From positions 6,758,001 to 6,822,000 of the forward strand of contig CM060731.1 of assembly GCA_030704615.1 (NCBI GenBank): a stretch of 64,000 nt of DNA, read 5' to 3'. Of this stretch, positions 26,101 to 36,515 are shown piece after piece. The notes beneath the pieces are model-generated. The model was not told the origin of the DNA. It saw nothing but the letters and a program-made list of their open reading frames with translations, and did not search any database. Source of the DNA: Takakia lepidozioides. Its lineage: Eukaryota; Plantae; Bryophyta. The translations under genes were made by a program, and so were the position numbers. Within the stretch, counting starts at the first letter, position 1; every line of letters starts with the position of its first letter.

Positions 26101-27620
26101 AGTCCATGGAACGATTTTCGATTGATCTCATATTACTCTGGGGCCTCTTCCATGGCACATTGAAGATACTGGCCAAGTCTCAAAGCGAACCAAAATCATC
26201 TCGATGGCCAACCATCTGTTGAGCCATCGAATGAATTTCGATTGATCTGATATTAGTCCGAGACCTGTGAGAGAGCGTCTCGAACGTACTGGCAAAGTTT
26301 GGAAGCAAACAAAAATGATTTGGATGGGCAACCATGCGTTCACCCGTTGAATGTATTCCGCTGGATCTACTATTGCTTTGGGACCTGTTGGACTGTGTTT
26401 CGCATGCTCGCGATTTTTTTTTTATTCGGTTTTTGAATGGGGCGTGTAATATAGCCATATGCAACGTGCGTGCCAAATTTGGGACCGAACATAATTCATT
26501 TGGACCCAAAACCACAGTTTCTTCCTTGTTTTACACTCCAAACTTGATTTGTGTTCAACTTCATGCACTCTTCATATAAAGTTCTGCAATAGTGAGTGAA
26601 GAGAACACTTTTTTTTTGGGGCATTTTTGATTGGTCCAAATTTTTGCGGGGAAGTAGTGGTGGGATGTTGGAAGCCGCAGAACAAAATTGAGCCAAAAAA
26701 AAAATTGATACGTGCCAGAAACCCCCAATGAAAGGCAGTGCAAACCTATTTATTGGCTTAAAATTAATTTAAATTCAATTACATTATGGAATGGCTTGGT
26801 GTCGATGGGGAGGCAAATGATTTATTCGTCTGTTGTGTCTCCGCACATGTGTCGCACACATGTTCAAGCACATGCGGACAAAAGAGGGGCTTCAACCACA
26901 TCCGTTCAATGGGTGCAATAGCCGTGCACGTAGTGCATGATTTCTTTTTCGCAACGAACAAAAACCAGATGACAACTGAACGCCTCATTGGCCCATCGAT
27001 CGAATTTCGATTGATCTCATATTACACCGGGACCTATCAGAGGGTACATTGAACACACTCGCCAAGTCTCAATGCGAACGAAAATCATTTGGATTGGCAA
27101 CCATCCGTTGGCCCATTGAACGAATTTCGATTGATCTCATATTACTCTGGGGCCTCTTCCATGGTACATTGAAGATACTGACCAAGTCTCAAAGCGAACC
27201 AAAATCATTTGGAGGCAAATGATTTATGCGTCTGTTCATTTATTTGTGATTAATCGTTAATGGTGAAAAGGATAAACCAAAGGTTCATTGATCAAAAAAA
27301 ATTTGAAAGATTTGAAATTTTGCCAATATGTTCTACATGCCTCTTACATGGACCGGAAAAGTATGAGATCAATAAAAAATGGTTCACAGGAGGAACCAAT
27401 GGTTACTTGATGTGCCGATTTCTGAATGCTTTCAAACTTTGCCATTGCATTGTACATGCCCTCTTAAAGGTACCGGACAAGTATGAGTTCGATTTAAAAT
27501 ATTGCAATGGTATCTTCATTCAGCAATTTTTGATTGTTTTGAAACTTTGCCAGTATATTGTACATGCCGTCAAACAGGTACCAAACAAGTATGAGGTCAT
27601 TCAAAAATGGCTCAAAGGAT
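23149..27620. repeat. Hierarchical repeat block (~120-bp, ~21-bp, ~110-bp and 1010-bp periods)
   Basis: gggtgaaccaa-led units at 23149, 23270, 24000, 24120, 24240, 24361, 24826 and 24940. gcccctcaaattg units at 24430-24820. 1010-bp units start at 24988, 25998 and 27008. Confidence 0.9.
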
Positions 27621-27713
27621 GAACCTCGTATTTCCAAAAATTACGTAGACTATATAGTGGGTTGCACATTTAAGTTTTCGCAACCTGAGACCTTTGGCCT
27701 ACTCCCTACGTTT

Positions 27714-30289
27714 CTAGCCTTTATAGTCATCTTCATCTAGATTTATTACTTCGTTGTCGTCATCTCCAGATGTTGATGAAGATGCTCCGGGTGTAGAGGA
27801 CGTGCCTCCACCAGTACGGAGAGCTCGAGGTTGGGCTCGAGTGGTCAAAGAGGGACCCAGTGTTGTGTGGTCCACCCTTGCCATCATGCGTAGCGTTCTA
27901 AGCGAGTGCTGATTCTCTTCCAAATTTGCCAGAGCCGGGTGTGTTGCTCTTGCTACGGCGGCATGCAATTTTTCAATTAAATCCGATATGTTTGGAAGTG
28001 GCAAAAACACCTTTGGAATAGGGGCAACTTGGTCACGCCATGTGTTCTGCCAATACTTTTCCACACTCGTGATGACAGCCTTGAAATTGTCCAACACCTC
28101 ATCCTGCTGGGGGTCTCTGCGCAATTCTGGAAGAAATGGCCTATCATCCCGACGAGGCACCCAGTACGTCTCATTCATATCCTCCCAACGGATGCTAGCG
28201 GCCTCCAACTCCCTGAGAAATAGGTCTCTCCCAATCGGTTCGCGATTGTATGGGTCGTTTTCCGCTGGCACCCACGGATCCTCAGGCAGTCGAAAGAATT
28301 TTTGTCTGGTACAGCTCTAATGCCCTCCCAAGTTCCGGCAAAAAAGCTCCATTTGGACTGGGTCCCGTATGCCTCTAGCACGCACGGTTATTTCCCAGTT
28401 GGATGTCACCCGAAAGGTCACCGGATCCTTAACCCTAGTTAACGTCTTCGCATCCAAGGCGTGCATCTCTCTTTGAGCATCCCATGTCATTGTCTCCCCC
28501 TAGTGCTGCCAATTTAAAAAATCGTAAGGCGATACATCCAATGCATGTTGTACCGGTTGTACTCGTATCCCTTGGGCATATTGTCTTGCAACCCAAACAA
28601 CTCGTAGAAACGTCGATGGATTGATCCACGGCAGTCAGGGCATTGGCTGGCTTGCATGGCTGCCGATATGAGACATGTGGGATGGAACAAATGGCCACAT
28701 GAACCAAGCATATAGTCTCTCTCCGGTCCATAAGGGTTTAGGCACATTGTGCACACCGTACCATCTGTTACCCATGACGCTGGATCGCTCTGTGGTATCC
28801 ACGTCCGTTTATCCTCATTAATGTAGGATGACATTCTCGGCCTGATGTCCCACTCCTCCTCTACTTCCAAATCCCAGTTTATGCTGTTATTGGTATCGGA
28901 AATTGTATGCACACAGTGCTCAAACATGGCATGCACATCACCCCATGTGGTGAATCCAGTGTACTTCGACGTGAATACATCACGCACAGTGTCGTGCCTT
29001 TGCAAATTAGCATAGATGTTATCTATGCTTCGATTCGACAAACGTGCTGCACGTTGGAGGAACGACAACGCTTCTTCTATCCATGTTTCCCGCGATGCTA
29101 GATGGCCCGCCCATGTCACCCAATTTTGCCAATTCCCCTTCAATCATAGCCACGATCGGATTTGCATGACATTTGAGTACTGATATGCAACAGCCCTAGC
29201 TTGCTCGCGTTCCCCCACAAGCTGCTCTAATTCTTGTTCTTGGGCCGATGTAATTTGTACGGCTGAACATTCCTCAATTTCCACTACGGGGTCCTTTCCT
29301 TTTCTTGCCCTCTCCGCCGCAAGTCTTTCTTCCTCAACCCTCGTCGGGTCCAGTTCAGACGTTTGCATTTCATTCCCATGCCCGATTGAGTCAACCCCAT
29401 CGATGACGCGGTCAATGTCCATTGGTGACATATTCAAACGCGCCAATATGTCTTGCTCGTTGGTGATTGGCCTCGGGTCCAGAAGCACACCGCGTATGCT
29501 GTCGAGAGTCCCCAACCCCATTCTTTCTAGCAACTTCGCTATTTGCCACCGTTGCAAATGAACAATGTCTTGCAGGTCTTTGATGTGTTGTTCATGTGTG
29601 GCCAACTGTTCCTCCAACGGACAGCGTACCTCGCCCCCCTCCACCTCAGACGTTGAAGGCCCGGCTGCGGAGACCTGTTGCGGCATATAATTTGGAGGTT
29701 GGTCTTCATTTCCTTCTTCTTCCACATTGTCATTTCCATCCGTCTTTCCTCCTTCTTCCACCTTGTCGTTTCCATCGAACCGTATGATGTCCTGCCCCTG
29801 ACGTATATACAAGTCTAGGATATCAGAGAACATGTATAGTCTAGTACGCTATCTCGCAGTGGCAGTTTGCCAATCCACTGGTCGCAATAAAATCAACTCT
29901 GTGTACAACATGGCTGCAAATAAATACGGAACCTTGTTGTTGACGAGCGGTTGACCCCACAATGTTGTATGTAACTCCTTTGCCCTGTGGCGGAAATGCG
30001 GGTTGGCGCAGGAATGCAAGTTAGCTTGATTTTGTTTGGTTTGTGGATCATGCCTATCTCTGGGCCACAAACGATTTATGTGACACCAGTCCACAAATTT
30101 CCTGCAGTCACCAAGCAACCACCGCTGCCCCAACTTCCAAACTTCCCTACCTGGTTCCGCAAGAATGTTGGGGTCATTGTATATGTCCCAACGAAGTTCA
30201 CGCCTGGCCCCTTTTGTTTTTTTTTTTGGAGGTCCAGGTTCATTATCGTCATCCCTGGGATGACCTCCTTTGTCTTCCTCCTCCGCCAT
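27714..30289 (-). pseudogene. Transposon-borne large (~850 aa) RING-H2 protein, putative E3 ligase; disrupted
   Basis: ORFs 30289-29849, 29833-29144 and 29143-28514 are in one frame, separated only by single stops. One frameshift near 28515 leads into the frame of 28271-27714. RING-H2: CTMC...CGHLFHPTC...CPDC. NLS-like PPKKKTK and coiled-coil-like segments. Confidence 0.8.
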
Positions 30290-30716
30290 TTATGGCTTTG
30301 GCTTATCCCTACTCGACAGGTGTTTGCTAAGAAAAATGCTCTCCCAACCCTCATAAATCGTACCTAATCCTACTCCCTAATGAATCCTCCCCAAGTACTA
30401 GAGGCAGGTGTCACTCCCTCGGCAGTTCTAAGTGATATGACGCAATGTGCAATGAAAAAAACGTGGGTGCTAGGGGAGGGCTTCCCGGGAGGTACTCAGC
30501 ATCGATTTCGTAGAATCCAACGGCCCAGAATACCCCCCACCCAACCAATAGCACCCCTCTCCACTTGGACTCAATGACAAGGAATGCAACATCCCATCGC
30601 CCACCAAGTCCTGGTGTGAAAAAAAGTGAGGGAGAGAATGGCCTCCAAGGCCTTATAAGCCCCCCTCCACACTCGGGGCGCGCGCTGTCATCATGATTGC
30701 GCACGCTAGTAATAGC

Positions 30717-31640
30717 TGCGACCGCCAGCAGGAGGTGGTCGCATCTTTTTTTCTTTTCCTTATTATGTGCGACCACCAGCAGAGGGGTACTCGTAGATTT
30801 TTATTTATTTTTTATTTTTTATAGGTGCGACCACCAGCAGGAAGGTGGTCGCAGATTTGTTTATGTTTTTTAATGGGTACGACCACGAGCAGGGGGGTGG
30901 TCGCAGATTTTTTTTTTTTTTTTAATTGGTGCGACCACCAAAGGGGGGTGGTCGCAATTTTTTATTTTTTATTTTTTAATCAGCAGGGAGGTGGTTGCAT
31001 ATTTAAAAATAAATAAAAAATAGGCGCGACCACCAGCAGAAGGGTGGTCGCAGAAATTTTGTTTAAAACAAATAGGTGCGACCACCACCTACACTATTTT
31101 CTTTTTCTTTAATAGATGCAACTACCAGCAGGGGGGGTGGTCGTAGGGGGGTGGTCGCATAATTTTCCGATTTTTTAATATCTACCAACAGTCAGTAGCT
31201 CAGTTGGTTAAGTGCACTGTGTGCGACCCGGACGATTCTGGGGTCAAATCTTGCTACTTGATGGGCGCAAATAGGAATTAAAAATGTGGTCGAAGAAGCC
31301 GGGGGTGTCTGGAGAATAAAGTGGCGAGTATGTGGTATGGTTCGTGGGTGGTGCCCCATTCCTACGCCTCTTGGCGCATAAATGAAAGAGGTTATTTTCT
31401 CCTCTCACTACTAAGGGGCCTGATTTGTGAGCTGTCGCTCCCAGGTGTTTCCCAAAATAAAATAAAATAAAATATGCGACCACCAGCAGGGGTAATCAGT
31501 AAATCAGTAAATAGGTGCGACTACCAGCAGGGGGGTGGTCGCAACATTTTTCTTTTATTTTAACAGTTGCGACGACCGCTACTGGTGCTCACACAATTGT
31601 TTTTTTTTAAATAGGTGCGACCACCAGGAGGTTGGTCCCC
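30717..31640. repeat. Palindrome array 2 (internal), about 12 full or partial units
   Basis: Same 27-bp palindrome at about 30717, 30768, 30826, 30878, 30930, 31024, 31117, 31516, 31568 and 31616. A TATA-like ttataa at 30653-30658 faces the RING gene. Confidence 0.9.
31191..31260 (+). other. tRNA-like Pol III A/B-box cassette inside array 2
   Basis: TAGCTCAGTTGG (31196) and GGGTCAAATC (31241) at tRNA-like spacing. No convincing full cloverleaf. Confidence 0.55.
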
Positions 31641-31952
31641 TTGCACCTGTATGTATGTTTGGAGAGACAGATGAAAAGCACATGTATCGACTCCCCATGA
31701 ATTTGTGAAGGGGAAGATAAATGTTGGGAGCTGCACCTGGCCTTTGTGGCTTTCAAAACCATAATAGGAAATCAACAATGTAAAGGTAATGACGAAACAC
31801 AAACACACGCACAACCACCAAACCCTTTCTTGGGTACACATATTCCACCATTTTTATTTCCGTACACGTATGCATGTACCCAAACTGAAACATGGATATC
31901 CATGGAAACATACTACACATCATGTGACAAGTCACAGAAGTTATAGCTGTAC

Positions 31953-34900
31953 CTAATTCCGTCTGGCACGACGACGATGGTATGATCTCACGTCTAGTAT
32001 AAAATCGTCGTCCCCACTCACTTCACCCCCGTTCCCATGATCAGTGCTAGAATCATGATCTCCATCTGTTCTTTCGTTTCCAGAGGCAACTGGCCGTTGG
32101 ACCTGTAGTCGTCCTCGGAGTACGTTCAGTTGTCTCTCTGGTCGATTTCCACTCCTATCATGAATATCATCTAGGGTATCAGGCCTGTTCACAAGTCGGT
32201 CACCAACAAAAGGTTGCACAATTCTCTGCCGTTTCTGGGCTTGTCCCGGATTTCGTGGTGGCCTTGGAGCAGGTCTCGTATGAGGAAGGTTACTCGCACG
32301 TACATCAGAGGGGCCGACATGAGAGGAAGGGGCATGAGATGGACGAGCGAGGGTCGAGGGAGCACGGTTCACATGCGGACGTCGTCGGGCCAGATGAAAC
32401 GACAATGGCCGGTCGTCGTCATCCGATGTTTTGACTTGCAGAAGTCCCGCATCAGAAGAACCATCTCCCAGGATCGGAGTAGCGATGGAAGGAATTACAT
32501 GAGGGGGAGAGAGACTAGATGGACAGCATGGGATGGACCGGCTTGAGAAAGAGAAACATGAGATGGAGCGGGGTGAGATGAAGCACGGTTCACAGGGGCA
32601 CGATGTCGGTGAAGGAATGACAACGGCCGGTTGTCATCATCCGACGATTCGACCTCCACATCGTGGAACTCGTGGTGGGGGAGAGTTGACCTCAACTTCA
32701 TTGTTGAGAGTGTGCTCCACTGGGGGGAAGGGGGTCCGTAATTGGGATGACACCATGTTGCAGTTCATCAACAACAAGGTCATTGAAGGATGGATGCATT
32801 GCACCATCATCGTCATTAAATTCATATGGTTCATGTGGAGGATTGCCCACATCATCGGACCCATCCCAACCGTCGGAGTCGGAGTCCCTCGCGGCGTCAG
32901 TGTCATCATTGCTGCTAGATTGGACCTCTGAGGCAGATTCTTCAGACAACAGATTCTTCTCGTACCATGCAGATGCGTCACTTGCTCTCCTCTCTCGCAG
33001 TAGCCTACAATTCGTGTAGACATAAACCAATTTGTCAGCCCTGGCAGGATTCAACCTGTTGCGAATCTTGTTGTGAACAAACAAGTAACTGCTCCATTTC
33101 CGCTCACAGGACGAGGCATAGCACACTTGAGCAAGAATACGCTTTGCAATGGAAGCTAACGCTCTTGCTCTAGCTCCAATCAGATCTCACCATTCATGTG
33201 GCAACATGTTCATTGCTTTTGGATCCGACATGTCATGGAAATGATTCTGCCGATCCAAGAAGCACTGGTACTTAGACAACGCTCGCTATTCCATGTTCAA
33301 GGGCGCAAGTTGCATGATGACCCGTACAAGCCCGGCTTTGGCATCCACATCGTCTCTCAAATCCGTATTGTCCAGCAAGAATGGATTCAGCAAGGCCCCC
33401 GCATAATGCAAGTCCATGCGAACCATCCGTTTGCGGTCGTAAAATGCATCCTCAGTCCTTGTCGCCAAATCATCGTCCATAGAAAATAGAGGACGCCTCA
33501 AGGATTGCACGTGCTTCTCAAGGTTTTCCAATATCAACCATGCTTTATCCATTATTGGTTGTTTTCCATCAAACTCCCGCAAAGCAATCAACACCGGCTC
33601 CACCATATACACAAAATTTGCACATTTCGCCCAGAAATCGTCGGAGCGAATGATTGCGCGGACCCTCCGACTTTTGCTCAAAGACTTGGACTTACGAGAG
33701 TCGCGTAAGGTGCCCACATACGCATCCCATTGAGGGTCAATGATCACCTGCTCCAGACCCGCCCTCACAGTCATCAGTCGATCCACCATCAAAAAGTTTG
33801 TGGCAAAGCGGGTTTCACCCGGGTTCCTAAGGCTGTATTTGGGTTCATGCTTTCTAAACAATGCCAGAGGGATGTGATGTGTACGAATGAACGTCACAAC
33901 CGACTTTGCCCTTTTACTAGTTGTTTCATCCATGATTTTTTCCCCAATCCTCCAAAAGAAGATCAAAGATATGAGCAGCACACCCTTGGTAATATAGATG
34001 GGGATATCGTACATCAAAATATTGGAATAGATGCATTGTCCGTGCACACTTGGACAATTTTATCAGCTCCAATTTTATCGATGTAACTCGTCAACAACCC
34101 TGCTTGATAACGTGCATCTTTTCTCTCCCGCTTGTGTCAACGGATCCCAAAAATTGTTCCCCGCAGGACAGACCAGCATGACATTGAACAGTGGTCGATT
34201 AGTAACAGAACTCCAACCGTCCGCACATATAGTGCTTCCATATTTCCGGAGAGAATCACCTGTTTTTTCATTCACCTTTTGGGTGAGGTCAGACATAGCC
34301 TTTTCTAGCAATCTTGTGCGGAGATTGCGATAACTCGGAGGTGTGTATGTGGACTTGGAATCGGACGTGGCTTTGACAGCAGCCACAAACGCAGGAAGCC
34401 TCGAGACATTGAACGGAATATTGGCCTCGTAGAAAATTGGGCCCACTTCTTATCCAGAGTCCTCCTGTGCGACAAATTTAAGCCTTCTTGCATTGATTGT
34501 TGCCTCAATGGTCTGGTCCGTACAAGTGCTGGCGTACAATCGGGTGTTGCTCCTGACCCACCGGCTTCTCCACGAACAGTAGACGCCTCGCAAGAATCCC
34601 CCTGGGTACAACTCTGAGGGACAGTTTGATTCGAACCTGGAGTGTTTGGCTCAGAAGCCGCGGCCACATCAAAGAGACGGTGGGATATTGCCTCCACATT
34701 GGGCAAAGTGGGCTTTCACTCGCATGGAGGCTTTTGGGCACAAACTAACCCCTGCATTCTTCCCATCTCTGTAGCCGAGGTGATATAACATGCGATCTTT
34801 GCGACCCGCCAGCTTCAATGCACAAAGATTGCATTGAACACCGTCCTTTTTGTGCGGGTCTATGGTGAACCAAGGGATCCACTCCTCCCCATCCTCACAC
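31953..34900 (-). pseudogene. hAT transposase (BED finger, DUF659-type core, hAT dimerisation domain, long low-complexity tail); frameshifted
   Basis: WIPWF...CNLC...RMLYHL...C; ICADGWSS; VQVCTDNAS; CAAH; TRFATNF; SSCERKWS...HNKIRNRL...LVYVYTN. Confidence 0.92.
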
Positions 34901-35240
34901 CCAAAACCCTAACCACAGACTTAAGGTTGAACGAAGAACACTAGTGTACTTGGTAGATTTGTCAAGAGCAATAGAAGTTAGAACAGAATGCGATGGCCCA
35001 ACACTACGGCATCAATCCAAGTGGATCAATGCACCATGTAGTATTGTGCTTTTTGACAATTTGCTGCAGTGGCTCTGGTGGAAGCCACAACAGCAAAAAG
35101 TCCGCACCCTCCTCTTGGGCTTACACTCTTGCTCAAGGAATAAAGAACATTCACTCGCCACAAAAGTGTTTGCCACAAAAGAAGTGAGGGGCATTGGGAC
35201 CACTTTATATATCACACGCTCGACGAATCAGATCCAATGT

Positions 35241-35952
35241 TGCGACCGCTCCAGGTCGCACGAGAAGTCGCATGTTATTTTTTTTTTAAAAACTGCTGCG
35301 ACCACCCTCATGCTGGTGGTCGCACCTATTAAAAAAAAAAATGCTGCGACCACCCCCATGCTCGTGGTCACAGAGATTATTTAAAAAAAATAAAAAAATA
35401 AAAATTGCTGCGACCACCTTCCTGCTCGTGGTCGCACCTATTAAAAAATAAATAAAATTCTGCGACCACCCCCTGCTGGTGGTCGCCACCAATAAACAAA
35501 ATTTCTGCGACCACCCCCATGCTGGTGGTCGCACATATTAAAAAAAAAAAAAATGCTGCGACCACCCCATGCTCGTGGTCACAGAGAATATTTTTTAAAA
35601 ACAAAAAAAAAAAAATTCTGCGACCACCCCCCTGCTGGTGGTCGCACATATTAAAAAAACAGAAAAATGCTGCGACCACCCCATGCTGGTGGTCGCAGAT
35701 ATTAAAAAATAGAAAAATGTTGCGACCACCCCCCTGATGGTGGTTGCACCTATTACAAATACAATAAAAATTGTGCGACCACCAGTAGCGGTGGTCGCAA
35801 CTGTTTAAGAAAAGAAAAAAATGTGACCACCCCTGCTGGTGGTCGCATCTATTTTTAAAAAACAAAAAATGCTGCGACAACCCCTTTGCTGGTGGTCGCA
35901 ACTATTAAAAAAATAGATAAATTATGCGACCACCACTATTTGGAGGTCGCAC
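35241..35952. repeat. Palindrome array 3, about 13-14 units, inverted relative to array 1
   Basis: Same palindrome with A-rich spacers. A minus-strand ATATATAAA at 35204-35212 faces the transposase. Confidence 0.93.
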
Positions 35953-36312
35953 CAATTTAACAATAATGATTTAAAAATGACCTCAACTATTGGCGGACGG
36001 AGTAATTTATAAAACAATTCATTTACTTGTCAAGGTGTCGCTTGGAATACAACGTGTCCACCTACGTGGCATATTTTTCACCTAACTCATGTTTTACTGA
36101 TTTTCCGGCAAAACTGACGTGACGTGATGTCACTGACGTGTGCAACCCTGATTAACGCCTATGACTATTCAAAATTATTCTTCAAGTTAATCCGGTCAGT
36201 TTTGGCCTTGAACTTCCACACAATATGTGCATCCATCCAGTCTTGTATGTCTCCTTATTAGAGTTATATCATCACTCAAGTATCTCCGGGAGAGCTTTTA
36301 CACCATCCCCAC

Positions 36313-36515
36313 TGTCAAGGACGAGAACATGACTGAACACAAACCAGAGGTCAAGACTAGAGGTGTAAGAATAGACAAGAAGTCAAGGTCGGCATGATGG
36401 GTAAACATGAATCAAAGATGAACTTTATAATACGGACAAGAGTACAAGATACTAGAACTGGACTTGAGTACTGGACTTGAGTACTGGAATACTGGAAACT
36501 GGACTGGAGAACTTG
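36313..36515 (-). repeat. R/U5 half of the LTR whose U3 half lies at 16422-17618
   Basis: The reverse complement ends ...gtccttgaca and shares ataaagttcatctttgattc with family-2 LTRs. It is flanked by CCCAC, the reverse complement of the GTGGG preceding 16422. Confidence 0.75.

Larger units (their letters stand above)
20408..36150. mobile_element. Giant (15,743 bp) cargo-carrying hAT DNA transposon
   Basis: Exact 8-bp TSD ATTAACGC at 20400-20407 and 36151-36158. Termini CATAGTTGCA and TGCAACCCTG (reverse complement CAGGGTTGCA, 8/10 match). ACGT-rich subterminal repeats at both ends and a hAT transposase inside. Confidence 0.93.

Noticed and set aside
25118-27052. Duplicated small ORFs in the 1010-bp repeat
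   Set aside because: Not conserved in frame between units and no domain signal.
31191-31260. Functional tRNA gene (also 15757-15825 and 16990-17050)
   Set aside because: A/B boxes are present, but acceptor and anticodon stems do not pair convincingly.
20408-36150. Endogenous virus, Polinton or Starship-type element
   Set aside because: No capsid, DNA polymerase, packaging ATPase or tyrosine recombinase motifs were seen. The ends and 8-bp TSD are hAT-type.
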